The notes beneath the pieces are model-generated. The model had not been told where the DNA came from. It did no database searches and worked only from the letters and a program-made list of their open reading frames with translations. From assembly GCA_000934665.2 (NCBI GenBank), contig JYFJ02000123.1:1-64000 (forward strand): a stretch of DNA of 64,000 nt. Reading direction: 5' to 3'. The position numbers and the translations under genes are program-made. Positions 34,801-50,000 of this stretch are shown here, in pieces; the first letter of the stretch is position 1; the number at the start of each line of letters is the position of its first letter. This DNA comes from Catajapyx aquilonaris. Lineage: Eukaryota.

Positions 34801-37366
34801 CACATAAAAAAACCTTGACAGCTTGGAATTTAATCAAGTTACGTTTTTTTTTGTAGGAAACGCTAAGTAGTTGTTAATCCGTTCGATAATTGGCGTTTTC
34901 TGGCTCGTCTGCTCGTCTAATTGGCTGGGCATAAATGAGTGTACGTAACTTGCTCGGTTATAAGGTGCATTTGTCCGTCATTTTGTTGCCATAATGGTTC
35001 ATCCCGCAAGTTCTGTGGGGTCGTTATCTCGTGAAAAATCGGGCTGTAAAAAGCAATGTAAAATATTCATCCAGGAGACATTTTGGCAAAAACATCGCCG
35101 AAGAGGAGTTTTGCGCAAGTATAGATGGGGCGGGTTTTGCATAATATTTCAGGAAAAGGAGCACCCCTGACTGGAATTTGCGGCGGTGTCATTTAATTCC
35201 TCTGCAAAATGGGTCATGCAACAAGGACGTAAAGGTTGACACCCTCTGAATTATGTTCCGAGCCGTGCTAAGCTGCAGCACGGATTCAACGTCTTTTAGG
35301 GTTTATTATACTGGAATATATACCTGCGGTAGGATTAAAGGCATACTCTCGTTTTTTTTGTAAAAACCGTATTAACCTGCTGTTATATGCTATTAAACGA
35401 TATCAAGAGTTTCCAGTTGCTTTTTAAAATGATAATTCCAGCAAATTTGAAACTAGCATGCTTAAGTGGGATTAAACATTTAAAAAAAGAGCATCCGGCT
35501 TGTCAATTTAAAATGAACATGCTAGCTACCGCAATTAATGAAATAACGTGCAGGTAAAGGGCTACTTTCATTACTGTTGCAATGTAGGGTTTACACAAAA
35601 TTCCGTTTTAGAGTGCATGGGAAGGGACGAAAAAAATGGATGAAGCTCATGAAAGAATATTTTTACGATGATATTGTAAACAGCGGATAATATTCCAGTA
35701 AGGACTGAAAATGAAAACTATATTTGAAACTTTAATGGGACTCGGAATTTGGTACACACAGTAATAAAATTCGGAAGTAACTGCGGCAACATGAAAGGTT
35801 CTTGACTTCTGAGTTTTTTCCACAGCTATGTTTTTTTAAAAAGAAAAATCAGCAGGCTGGTTGGCACCAAGAGATGTGTGTATAGTGTAGAAGGTGTAGC
35901 ACGGATCGATATGATTGGGTGGGCAAAAGAGAAGGAGAAAGAGAGAGGAGAGGGAGAGAGAGAGAGTTGAGAGAGGAGAAAGAGGTCCTTTTGGCCAGTT
36001 TTCTTCTTGACCATGTAACAGCATCGATCCATAGAGAAGTAAAGCGCAGGCATGGGATGGGCATGATTGAGCCATGATACAGAACTCGTCCCTACTTCTC
36101 TCGAGAAAAATTGCTGCTGCCAGTCGCACACGCCTTCCATCCTGGGGTAGTGAAAAAAAGAGAAGAAAACCGTAGCAAAAAAAGGAACATGGCTGCATTC
36201 TGATGCGAAGATGTATTTTTGATGACTCCATAATGACTGCAAAAAAGTGCAATATTCATGACTATATTTTAGCAGTAATTTTCTATAATTTAAATATATT
36301 TTCTCCTAATAATATCGTGCTCTAGGTTGCGACACTGTACTCGCTATGATTCTTTATTATTCAAACACTTCGCATTATAACACAAAGAACCACAACGGCT
36401 GAGAGCGAAGGGTATATATGTTTCTAACACATTTTAGCAATACTTGCGGTTGTTAGTTATCGTTAAACTACACGTTTTTTTAAAAGGTTGCCCATAGCTA
36501 TTTCAGGCAACTTGGTTGCATTATGGATGAAGTACAGAGACGAGTTTCTCATTATGGACGTGGAATTAAATATTTAAGAAAGTAATGTTCTAAAATATTC
36601 ATACATGCAGCATGTTCAGGCAAACTTTAATTCCCTTGCCTGCTTAGGGTCAACAAAAAGGTACCGCATTACGAAGAGAGTTCGGACTTGTTTTAAAATA
36701 ATCATCACTGCCTCCTAAGTAATTGGAATGTGGTAGTGTTGCGACATTACTATTCTAGTCCATGCGAGCCTAGATTTGGGTCGATATTTTGGGAATTTAC
36801 AATATTCTTGCTTTATAGTGAAAGAATTAAGACATACCAAACACTCACAACAACAATAGAGAAGGTGATGATTATGTTGATGATTTTGGATATGCATCGG
36901 AATGACTATGAGAACCAGAAGCCAGACATTTTACTTCCCTGCCGAGTTGAGATAAGTCATACAGTGCTAAAACTTGTGAATAAAAAACTCTCGACGTGAG
37001 CATTGTCGGGACGAAGTAATAAGAAGAGCAATCACGATGAAATAACAAGGGAGTGTTTGCCTACAAATATTATTTCATCCTGCAGCGAGGGTGCGGAGTA
37101 TAAATGGATGCAAAGGAAAGATGGGAACCGTTTTCGATGGAAATGTTCGGCGGTACTGAATATTATTATAATATTTTAGACTCGATGCCGAATCGAAGGG
37201 GTCCTTCCTTCTCCTTGTGTAGCTGTCGATATCAACCTCCTTTGGCGCCAAAGATGCTTGCACAGAGATGCTGGCAGATATTCTCTCCTTTGCTTTTCTG
37301 TGCTTGTTTCCATCCCAACAGTGTACTTCTTTTGAGCATCACTGATTTCTACAGGCTCCTATACTT

Positions 37367-37490
37367 ATCATCATCATCATTTACTTCACGGCAAAATAAT
37401 CCCATAGAGGGGTAGCCAGCGGAGTACAGGTTGCCCCTGTCCCCCTCGTATGACCTACAAAATGACACTCTGGTGGATGGTCAGGCCACG
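37367..37490 (-). repeat. Dispersed repeat copy 2 (probable SINE/LINE 3' end)
   Basis: Diverged homolog of 18388-18508; ends in (TGA)n. Confidence 0.6.
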
Positions 37491-40400
37491 CAGAGGTTAA
37501 TGAAAGGGATGAATATGATATACTTATGCTAAGGCAGAGAAAGGACCAGTGGAAGCATCACAGGTTTCTTCTTAATACTTGGGTTGATTTTTGGCAAATA
37601 GCTATTATTTCATAATTATTATAAAATTTGATGTCATGTACCACACTTAGGTTGATATATAAACCGTGATTGAATGTTGCTTTGCAATATTATTTTGTCC
37701 ACGTTTTATGTTGGCAAAACCTATACCGTACACTAGAGAGAATATGTTTCATTTAATTAGGCTTACCTCTTTTTCCAGGATGATACAGTACTCACAATCA
37801 TAATTATTCCACGATTAATCCCTTCATCTTGCACACATTCATTGTGCAAGGTTGATAACAGAAATGATTACCTTTAAGTTGGATTCTATCCTTCATCTAG
37901 GCAACCAACATCGCATATTTCAGTAAATTATAAATTACTGGAATTCCAGCAATTTGTCTTTGTAATGCGGCCTTCCAGAAAGAAATTAAATGAATCAACA
38001 GTATTCAGTGTTTTTATGGACACATCAACTCGTTCAACTATATGCAATGTCCAATTCTGGTTAACACTAACTCAAAGAATCGGGAAGAAAACACGAAATT
38101 ACTTCTGTGTTATTACCTGCTATACAATAACCCCACTCCCATTAAATATTTTCGAGAATGAGAGTCAAATGAATCTTTAAACGAGATCTGGAACCAGTGT
38201 TAAGTCCTCAGTGAATAGGTGATATTGATGAGCTTCATAATTTAGAGGAATTTTGTTCCCAACTTACGCCTATGCTACTAAATCTCTGTAGGAGAATAGA
38301 ACATGACTACAAAATATTATCAGCAGTAGTCGAATAGCTCAAGATTATCTTTCCCATTTTTAGCTTCACGAATCAATAAATCTGCCTGAGCCCTAGGAGG
38401 AATGCATTCTAATGTGACTCTCTTGCAAGGGTTGTAGTTGAAGGCCTTTTTACATAACTTAGGCTGGAAACATTATCCAAATCAACCAATTTTGATGGCT
38501 GCTGCGAGGAATCAAGTGGACTATGGCGCTAAGGTTGAGTTGCATAAACGATGGGAAACCCCGAACTAGTAATTAATTCTGTATGAGTAGGCCTACTATC
38601 TGTTCTGGGTTTATCTCGTTTATGCAATTGACTCTTAGTCACCGGTGCTGCAACTTCAGGAAATGCTCAAATGCACGAACTGATTAGCTGCCGCAAACAT
38701 CCATGTAACAATTCACTCCCTCAGTGAAACTATTGCAATTCATCACAAATGGCTAATGTAATTACCATGCTCTGACTTGCGAATAGCCGACTATTTGGTC
38801 AACAGGACACAGTTCTGGCATTACTTGGATGTTGTTCAGGGTAGCGCGGTACCTCTGAGTTCAATGTATATTACATTATTTGCGAAAAATATGCCTACAT
38901 TATGGACCAATCTAGTTATTTGGGCCACAATAATTTCGCAGCATAATCCACGCTAATCCGTTGAATTGAACAGAACAATAATATTAATTTGATAAAGGAT
39001 TTAGTAGCCTACGCAGTAATGTAATTTATTACGCGCTATGTCCGCACCACCCTCGAAAAGGCAGACTGATCATCTGTAATATTACACAGCACATATACCT
39101 GCAAAGCCAATAGAGCTCTCCATTTAGTTTCCACTTGATTCAATTTTTAGCATATAACACGCTTGTCCAATGCAGAGAAGCCTGCGTGAAAGCCAGACAC
39201 CAAAGGTGTGTAAATGAATAGCGGTATTTTTTTTTCCAGTTTTGTATATCCCTCTGGCAGTGGGTGTGGATAGGTGGTGTTGGTAGGGTGAAATGCCTGG
39301 GGAGCGTTTGTTCCGGATTTACGATGGGCGCAGTGGTGATGAGGCGGCGCCTCACCAGGCCCAAACTCCGATTGCCCTGGGCCACACTTTTCCTCCGGGG
39401 GACTCCCACCAGGATTACAGGACGAGATTCTATTGCAGATTCATCACCAGGCCTTTTGCTGCTGACGGTAACAGTGCAGGACACACATAAGATTTGTTCG
39501 GAATGGTGGATAGTTTAGCCCAGCGACCACTTTGTTTCTGGGATGAAAAATATATAACCCGCTGCCAAAATTTGGCAACATATATGACAGTGACAATGAG
39601 ATATCCCGCCGATTTACAATGTAGTACTGTTCTTCAAACACAGATGGCGCACACTACCTCTACACACTCCTGCCACTCTCCTGTCGTGCGAGAGATAGCG
39701 ATACTACTTGTATAAGGTCTGGCAAACATCCGACGGAGAGAATAAGCCTATGAGGAGAAAACAATTTAAAAATAGTAGCTCGGACATTGCAGAGGAAGTA
39801 ACGAATTGCGTTGTTCGTTATCGTGGGACATGAACGGATTTGGAGCAATGACATGTCGTTAACGTCCATGTGGATATACTGCCGCCATGATTTACTTTAA
39901 AACGACTTAAATTTTCGATGGAACCGGCAGCGTTTGTTATTGTAAAATGGGAAGGAAAACAAGTCGAAAATTTCCATAAGGTTGGAGCAGTTTCCTTCGT
40001 AAAGCCCTAGGACGCCTCTTTTTTTAGAGACTTACTTTGATGGCAACTGAATTAATTTTACTAGTAATGCTTCCTCATCAAAATTCCCCGTCCCAATGAG
40101 TGCTGACAATTGAGTCGCTCTTTATCACGCTTGCATTATTCTGAGAATCCTTTAGAGGGCCCGGGGCAGGAAATGTGAGGCGAAGGGCGTTAAAAGAGCA
40201 ACCGGGGGCGGAGGAGTAAGGCGAAACGGTTTATTTTAGGAGAAGTGTGGGCTAGAAAATTTAGGAGGCAGGTCGGTGGGCGGGGTCAGCAGATTGTGTT
40301 CCATTACTTCAGCGATCATGGTTCCCACGAGGATACTCAAGATCAATGCTGATAGGTCAGGGAATTCCACCTGTCTTGTCTGTCCTATTCTGCCCTTTGC

Positions 40401-43400
40401 CGCCACTCAATATATAGGACGGATATGAAAAAAGGGGCGTCCGGACAGTAGTTTCATCTGGGGATGGATTTCTTTGAAACTATCTCATTCTGGCAATTTC
40501 CTTCCTTTCAGTGTGGGACTGATGTGCAGGAAACGGCATCGGATAAAAATAAGGTGAGGAGTTTCGGATATCGATATTTCTTTTTCTCCGGCCCTTTTTT
40601 TTCTATGGGCAAAGGAAAAACGGCTGCAGCCTTCTTGTTCTATACGTGGGACATTTTAATATAGGGTTTTACCGATTGAGTTTTTCGCCGAGTAAGAATT
40701 ATTTCCCAGCTGACGGAACAGTGGAACAACGCACGAAAGGAAACTGAGTAATTCTTAGATTCATAGAAATGATGGCACCGGAAATGGAACTAGGATTTCA
40801 GGCCCAGTTCTTTCCCATATGTCTTTACAGTATGCCGTGAAGCAATATACTAGGCTTACTGTAGAGTTTTTGCGTAATAATTCAAAGTGTAGGAAATGAG
40901 GACCTTATTGTGAAACGAGGTCGCCACAGAGACAAATGATTTTATGGAAGACATAATTGTCTGTTTGAAATTCTGGTGCACCGTGAGCTTTGTAAGTACA
41001 CACTGCACACAATAAAAAATAACACTTACTGATTCCCTATTCATTATGATGAAATTATTGTAATAACATGCGTTTTCCTTGATTTGATTATTTTTTAAAG
41101 GGCAGTGGGAAAAGTCGGCTGATCAGACTTGTTCATTACATTTTGCCCGATTTGGGGGCAAGGTTTGAATAAATGTCAGGGTGTCAGAAAAGGAGTTTTA
41201 AAAATTGTTTCTCTCATACATAGAGTATATTTTAATCTTTTTATTCAAATACTGCGAGACTGAGCCATATTATGACTCATCGTTGAAAATAACTTGAACA
41301 TTATTCAGACACTGCTTAAAAATGCACGTTACAGTGCTCTCTTTGTGAATATTCCGGGCACCACTGACTCAAAATGCGCTCTACACAATCTGTAATAGAG
41401 ACTGCACAAAGCATGTCTGTAAGTGACTTCTAACCTGCATCCAGCCTCAAACGCTGCATAGCTAAAGGATCACACAGTGCAGTCAGGTCTAGCCTAACGA
41501 ATGTCAAAGCAACCATTACATTTTTCATCACCGAGCCTCTCCCCCTCATCGTAATGTACAGTTTGCCAACGATTATTTGATATATTTCAGCCTAGTGTAC
41601 TGTACCATAGAGGATGCGGCGAAATGGCAACTGAACCAGGAAAAAAGCCGCGGGATTGTGTGCTCAAAAATTTCTTCTGCGTGACATCACTAGTGCCATC
41701 AGAGCTGATACGATTTGAAAAAGCTAGCGAGGGTTGACAAAAAAAACGCCAAATGCAAACTGAATTCTCGTTCGTTTCAATCACGGTTGCAGAAAAAGGT
41801 AATGAAGAAAGAAAATTTTGAGTGGCTTTGAAGTACTGTATATACATCATTGCAAGGAAGCAAAAGGTGGGGGACATGATGAATTCTGCCTGAAAAAAAG
41901 ACTGGCAAGTTTGGTAATAAAATAGGACTGGAGTCTCAGAAAATAAGAAACTCAACAGTTGACAAACATCAACTAACTTTTTCTCCGAACTTTTTTTAAA
42001 GAAAAGAACTATAGCGATTGTCAAGCTGGTGGGGCTTGTACTTTTTTATATGAGTTTGGGTGCGGACTTTCAATTTTGCGCTCTGGCAAGCGTAAAATTA
42101 GCTGGTGGCGAAGAGTCTTAGGGACGTGATGGGAAGTGTTCCTGAAACAAGGCAATCAGGCGCACCTTGAACCACCTTTCCTTTTTTCATTCTGCCTTAT
42201 TTATTATTCATGCATCTCCAGGGGTTGGGAAACTCGGACCCACAACCGCTGTCACTTTTACGACCTTCCCGTGACGAGCTCGCGAAATATATTGAAGGAT
42301 TTTCTTCTGTCGCTTGTGGTTCTCATGTGGAACTTGGTATTACAGAAGAGCTCTCTCATCCTGGAAGGTGGATAACCTATGAACCTCTCTTGCTCGCCAG
42401 GTAACGTGTAACTCAGGCAGACATATTTTTCCTCCTTCCGCGAATCGTATGATTTTTACTGCTACAAAATTCTGACATATTGGGTAACCAATACGACTTC
42501 CTGAAAATTTCAGGTAGAAATAAAAAAAAATTGCAATGCCTGCAGCTATGGCTTCATTTCTGGTGGACTGTATACTGTACAGTCCTATTGCACATATTAT
42601 TTTAGAGTTTTTCTATTGCATACTGTTGAATGGGTCATAAATTAATCAGGCAGGGAGAAAAACAGCGATATATGCCACGCAGGGTAATAGGATAGAAACA
42701 GTAGCTGTTCGCTGCAGTAATTGCAACAAATGGCCAATTATACTGCTTTCGGCCAGGCAGTGATTATTATGCCTTATTTTGATTCTAATGATTAAAGAGT
42801 CCAACATTGGTCGTATTAAAGCAGGATATTGAGGATTCTCTGGGGTTGTTGTTTACTGTACAAAAAGCATACGTATGACGTTAAGTGTATGAGTGTGTGT
42901 TTTTGCGGCTGTTAATACTAGCAGAATGGCGCCGGATAATTTCGCAGCTGATCCTGCCTGTAAGTGCGATTTATTTTCCTGCTTAGGATATGGAGATAGG
43001 TAGATGTGATGAAGTAACTCCGTCGATTTTTACGACGCAATTTCTGTCCTCCTACCTCATGCTGGCTATGAGATGTAACTGCTCATCGCCTGAACTGCTT
43101 AAAATACTGCAAACAGTTTGCGATCCGATCTTGCTTGTCCCTGCATACCCAATGACTAGTAATGGGTGAGTTGCCATGGGGCATGCCAAGGCAGCTCGAG
43201 TAGGCGGCAAATGAGGTGCTGCAGGGGGTCGGGTCCCAGGGCTATTTTCGGGGGGGGGATTGCTAGTAGGACCAGGGTTTCTCGTTTGAAACATTTGGGT
43301 CCCAGGTGTGTTCTGATTAATTTTTTACTCTTGGTTCTATTTCCGGGATAATCCACCCTGCAATTGTACGAACGCATGCATCAATTTACAATGGGGAAAG

Positions 43401-46400
43401 TTGGTAGGGCAAATCCAAATCCTGTTGGCCACTCCAGAGGGTACACACAGAAATGCAACTGCATCAATTTAACCACTCGAGTGATCCATTTGTCCGAGGG
43501 CATAGAGACACCATCACCGCCCGACTGGATCAACAATGATTGTTTCAAAAAAAAAATCACTATACTGTAGAATACGCGAGAACGAAGTGCATGTTTTGCT
43601 TGTGTGTTTGGGTAATTTAAGTCATTTGCATATTGTTGTGAAAATATTAACTTTGTTTGATGCTTTTTCGCCCTTCTAAGTCCTCATAATTTTTATTATT
43701 ATTGAGGATCTCACTTGAAGAAATGGCCGCATCCAAGTGTTTAAAGTCATGCAGTGGCTTGTTAGTGTAGTTGTCCTGGGCTCTCATGATGGGGTTATTT
43801 CAAACCCTATAGGCTTTTTTGGGACTTTACCTTCAGCCCCAATCGATTGTCGGAGTTATCCTCAAGGGTATGGTGCAGAATTGTGGCAAAAGTCTTCCCA
43901 ATACACTGTAAGTCACCTGAGAATTGGGATGGTCTCTATCTCGCAAACTCCTGATCGAGAAAGTCTATACGTGAAAGTTTACGACTCAAAGCAGCATCCT
44001 AACAGTTTATACGATACAGGAGGAGGGCTGATGATACAAACCCGTAAAATCATATTAACTTATAAGGAATCTGACACTGACAAATAGAATTACTCACAAA
44101 GGACTTCAATATATTATTATTAAAGGCTAGATGTAGGAGTGTATAGGCCTATATGCAGCTGAGAAAGAGTTCTTAATATTTTCCCTCCAATTGGCGACCT
44201 GGAGAGTCTGTTCGAGTGATTCACTCTGTAAAACTTATTTTCTTATGACTTACAAGATGCCTATTACAGTTTGACTGATTGTCCGCACATTTGGAATGCT
44301 TAGTTCAAACTGTCACGGTTCTGGCGATTGTGTGAGTCACATTATTTCTCTTGGCCCTTGTGGCGGGAACCATAAGACCTTTCTCAGGAGCTATCCGAGA
44401 GGTCATCACTCATGCTTTAGGATTCGGGAGAGGCATTTTCTGCTGTTAGATGCACTGTAGGCTAATTATCGTTTGAAAAGGAAGAGAAATGTCATTTCCT
44501 TACATGCTATTGAAGAAAAATAGGAGATGGCAAACCTGCCTCTTAGAGTGTGATGCAGTTTTCTTATTATAATAGCACATGTTTCATTTTCCTGTCACAC
44601 AATATTTTTATGCATTCGAATATTTTCTGTGACCTACTAAGGTATTGTAGAGGTCATTTAATAATAGGGTATTGTAATTCAATTCGGTGTACGTTTATCT
44701 GTACCTATCTTGGAAACTATATACTATAATACGGTACTGTACATAATTCCTTTATGTCATCAATATTGTGTCATTCTGCTTTTTGAAAGTATTCTTGAGT
44801 TAATCCGTTAGATAATTTGGCGAAATATTATTTTATTCCGAAGGATTAATCTCGAATGCTGCAATATTCTGGTGATGCAGAAGTGTATAGGGTGAACTGG
44901 CGACTACTGCGTGAATTTTCTTTTAAGCATCAAGATTTGAGCAACGTCATTAAAAGTTACATCCCCACCAATGCTGGAAATAAAAGCGAGGTCCACAATT
45001 ACCTGCTCTGTTCACTGTTTTATGGGGGTAGTGGGGGGAGGACCGCAGCGGTTTATTGGTTTGACACTGGTTAGCTAATTGGAATTTCTATGGTCCAACT
45101 CCATGTCCTCTCTTTCGCTCTACTGACTGTATCAAGGATACTACTGGTACAGGTATCTTCCTAGGGTCAAGCGATAAAAGGTCATGACAGGATTAATGAG
45201 CCACTCATATGAGAACCTCCCGTCAGCGTAGGTATACCAACACACAGTACACTATTGCCACAAGTGTTTGAAATGTATTTTACCATGTTTGTATGCCAAT
45301 TTACGGAATAGTTCTCATTGGGTTTTCACATTAAGATTTCTTGTGCATTTTCGCCTCGACTGGAAAAAATCGCATGCTTGACAAATATGATGACAATTTA
45401 TTTTTGGTAAGTGATATATTTTAGCCACAATCTGTGCGGAAATTTCGTTCCAAGGTGGAGCGCCCGCCGGTGATAAAAAGGCGCGTTCGAATGTACTTTT
45501 ATGCATGTTACGGTAAGAAATGGCAGGGCGTCACGCTGACTGCCTCCAGATGTGTACCTCGATACGGACTACCTTCCGAATCGTGCTGAGAGTGCTAAAA
45601 TTACAGCGCCCTAGTTACATTATGGGCAGCGAGAAGAGAGAGAGAAAAAAATCCGCTCTTAGTCTTGCTTTTGCAAATTACAGCAAACAGAGAAAAATCC
45701 TTTCGTGTGAGCCAGGATGTGAGGAATTGTCATTAACACGAATTAGCGGGCCTCAGACCTTGACATCATGGGAATGGTGCAGGGAATACGCTGTGACGTC
45801 ACACCCAAAATGGTAGTTTGTGTTAGAAGAAAACTCTATATAGGGACCTAATCACTGCAGCACACCCTTTCGTCTCTGTATTCATGTGGGTGTGTTGCTC
45901 AATTGTCACTTTTGATATGATCTATATGTATGATGTATGGCGATAAGTGATTCATACTGTAGTTAATTAAAAACATAAAAAACTACCGTCCTTTAAGAGT
46001 GAGTGAGTTACCGTAGGATTCCTTGCTCCGAAATCCGGCGCCATCCGGGTGTGCTCTGTCCCTGTTCAGCCTTCGTGTTATAGGTTGGGGGTAATGGCCC
46101 GGGGCTGGCCCCCGGTCTGACGGTGCCCTATGACCTGCAATTCCTGTTAGATCCAGGCCCACCATGCCGGACCCCGCTCGAACGATACTTCCTGATCGGT
46201 AATGGAGCTTGTTTGAAGTCGCCTTTCGCCCAGAGGCCAACAGGATGATGTAAGTCTCATTACTCTCATCTCATGTGGAATACAACATTATTATATACGC
46301 ATGAATCGTCATACTTGCATATTTCCAGACTTTCAACTCCTTGGCTACATGCTTCCGGGAGCAGCCTACAGCTCTATGGATCCCCTCCCCCAGCTATAAT

Positions 46401-46930
46401 TCTCAACACTAATCTGTCAGCCGGCGTGCTTGCCATTATTATCAGAATCAGCGCCTTTCTCTCTACAAACCCCTCTTAGATTCCGCAGCTGATGGTCCAG
46501 AAGACGAAGAGCTGTCTTTTTCGGTCCCCCACGCCATCAACCCGGGGGAAGGATGGGGAAGGGGTGCAGATGGCCTCTTTTATCAGCGGGAAGAGCCAGC
46601 CAGGAAGGCTCATCTCCCTGCACAGAAAAGGGTCCCCATCTCCCCCCATCATCTCCTCGCGTCATCAGAGGGGTGGTGGGTGGGGGAGGTCACTTGCCCC
46701 CCCTGCTTCGTGAGATGGACTTGTTTGCCCCCCAACCTCTTTTGTCCGAATCCCATGGCCCGTGCTCTCTTTTCATCCGGGACTCGTTTGTTTCTCAGCA
46801 GTTTTCCCGGAAATCGACTCCCTTCGTAGCACTGGGAAAAAAAAATATCCAGCCGTATATCCGGAAGCAAATCGGTCCGTCTGCCCCTTCCTGTCCGGGG
46901 TAATAAAACAGAGGGGGAAAAAAGTAAGGT

Positions 46931-47003
46931 CGACCATGACGGGATTCGAACCCGCAATCTTCGGATCCGAAGTCCGACGCCTTATCCGTTAGGCCACACG
47001 GCC
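46931..47003 (-). tRNA. tRNA-Arg (anticodon TCG)
   Basis: Reverse complement is GGCCGTG TG GCCT AACGGATA AGGC G TCGGA CT-TCG-GA TCCGA AGATT GCGGG TTCGAAT CCCGT CATGGTC G. It forms a 73-nt cloverleaf with A and B boxes and an oligo-T Pol III terminator about 8 nt downstream. Confidence 0.97.
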
Positions 47004-50000
47004 TGGCTGGAATTTCCTCCTCTTCCAAGTGCATGGTACTGTACCTTGGGGGGGTTTGCAGGAATGTGACCTCTTATCGGCGGTCTTTTTCAACCTTCAT
47101 TGCCGGCAGGATGGGTGGTTGAGGCGTCGATAAGTTGGGGGGACAAGATTAGTGTTTGGCCAGACGGAACAACAGGATGGAAGCAGACATGTTTGTTCAG
47201 TAAGTTGAGAGAATCAAATTCTGCTTATTTTGATGAGTATAAGCATGAGCGGGTACTTGTTGGCGTATGATAAGACGGATTAGGAGATTACTTATTCGAG
47301 ATAAAGGCTCGGATTTAAATCAAAATGACGTCATATTTGATGATATTGCTGAGTGATGGTGACGTCATTTTTGGAACAATGCAGATTGGCCAAAAATTTA
47401 ATTGTTATGGTGTGAGGCAACTAATGGCGCGTTTTCAGTACTGGAATTACCAACCGAATGGTATGGGCAAATTGCAATTATATATAGCTGTGTGCAATAA
47501 TTCGATAGGGTTTAATATTAATGACGTTAATCATTATTGATATGATTATTAATTGCTTCAACGCGGCAATGTTTGCCAGTTGCCCATAGCTTGCTGTAAT
47601 TAGCATATCTCGATGCCACTTTCCATCTTTGCCACTGATGTCACATTGCAGTATGGTGCTGTTATAAGTTGACACGAAGCATAAGTGGCAATGTCAGAGC
47701 GAATCTGTAAAGTGACAAAGGAAGCGCTGTAATTTGAATTTCACGCCACTTTATAACCATCGTAATATTATTCACAGTTGTCCGCACAGAGACCTTATGC
47801 ACATGACGTTGTGCTGAGGTTTGCTGCTGTTCAGGTTGTTCTCTAATGGATACTGGACAGGGCAGTGCAAGTACTGCAGGCTACATGTGGTTTAGAAAGA
47901 GCTGCAAGCAAAATGTGCAAGTGCTTCGTTGAATCCAGGTGTTACGGACTCGGGTCTTCCCCAGCTGGAGCCCGGATGTTCGTATAATCCTAATTCACGG
48001 GGGTGGGGAGGTCCATGGGAAACTCTTCTTTGCACGCGAAGTGATTTCTATCTTGTGTTTGGAGGGGTAGATGGTTCCAAATGGGGGGTGGCAGAGAGAA
48101 AAGAGAAGAAAAAAAATCTCTGCTCGTTACATACAGGTCGGTCGGAAAGTGGAACGATCATGCAATCAGCAAATGAGCCTAACAACAACAACGACAACAA
48201 TAATAATTGTCGTCATTCTGAAGCAGGATTTTTTGCAATGCGTCACATACAGTATGATGCAAGAAGTGCGTCAATTTAATGTGGTTTAGTCATTTATACG
48301 GGAATTAACATCAATGTACGCCATTTACCGAGAGCCCAACAGCTACTGAATTTGGGGCCAAGCTTATCAGTATTGCTAACAGTGGTATCGTGCAAATTTT
48401 GGTGTCATTAAATGGACTCGATGGTGTGACATAGGTGCTGAATAATTTATTAGGACGTATACCTTGTTTTTGAATTTTAAATTGACGGCGCTAAATATTG
48501 GGAGTGCGTAGAAGCAGTTAATTAAAAGTGGGGGCCATTTATATATCAGATTATCGGCATATTTAGTTTCCAGTCATGTGTTCATCGAACTTGATGTAGT
48601 TATGTGGTTTAACGCATCCGACATAAATTAAATGATGCTAAGGGAGCGTATGGGCAGATGGGGTAATGGGGGCCGAATTCGTAGTGTCGAGCAAACATTC
48701 GATTATTAATCGGCAAACTCATTGATTTGTTAACTACTTGCGGCTATGCAATTGACGGTTGAAATAATTTCTGTGCGCTGATCAGTGGAGTTTGTCACAC
48801 CCAACAAATCACGTTAACAGATTTACACTGATCGGGTATGGAGATTGGCAGGAATTGAGGCGCTGAAGGGTCCCAAAAATGTGTCCCCGCTTTCAAATTA
48901 TGGCTCGCAATTATTCGAATCGATGATGGAACCCCTGATTTAAGAACACAGCACGCCCCATTGCCCTGTGTAAGGTGTCTTTTTTTTTTTAAACCCTTGT
49001 CCTCTATGCCAGATATTTCAATTGGAATAGAATGTTGGCTCTTGCATGTGCACAGTACATCGTTTCACGGCAGTATTGCTCGTAGGAGTTAACAAGACGG
49101 GTAAACACTATTATAGCCATAGAGAGGGTCGGACTGGAAGGCAGGACAATAAGGTTGCAACAGGCAGACTCTCACAAAGTGTTTTGAGAGCAAAAGCCCA
49201 GCCTCTGGACACAAGTCTGGATGGCGATGCAAGGCTCAAGCAGTCTTATGCTCTTCAGACATGAGAACAGCAAAAGCTGCTTAAGGTGCGTTCAATGAGC
49301 CGACCTTACTTGGTGCTTGTTAGCCCCATTCACTTAATGCTTCAAAGTAGCCGTCTGATGCAGGGTAGAAAGTACTAAAGTCACAGTGTACAGTACATGC
49401 AAGAAGTGCTTGAGAACTTTAAGGGAGAGACCAACTGCTGTGCATTTCGAGTCCGCTTGATAAAATTCAATTGGCAAATAAACATAGAAACGTCTATCGA
49501 TAGAAAAGATCCGCACAAGTCTTATTTCCTCCTTCCCACGAGCCAATATCTGGCGTCAAGAAACAAATTGGCTCGTAATTCATTCTGCCATTGGACTAAC
49601 TGGGAGTTGGAAGCTCACTGTGACAATAAAGTAGCCTGATCGGTGAACATGCCATATTGCAGTAGAAGGTGCAAGAGAGAGAAGGAAATTCCTGGAGAAA
49701 CTCCTTCTTCCTCTAGACTTTAAATGGCCCACAGTGTTTAGGAATAAAGTGGGCGAATAAGACTGTAAGTGGAAGGGAAATAGGCTCATGGAGCAGACAC
49801 TTAAAATGCATTGCCGGTAGCAACTGTCCTATAAAATGTTACTGGGATCAATAAAATGTGTGGCGAGGAGTGGTGACGCCCGTGGGGTTTAGGGGGTGGA
49901 ACAATAAATGGGAATAAAAAGTTGTGGAAAGATTCCACACTATTGGCTCAGGTTCGATTGTGCAGTTTTTATACTGTGTTTTGGGCTTATACGAGGCCCA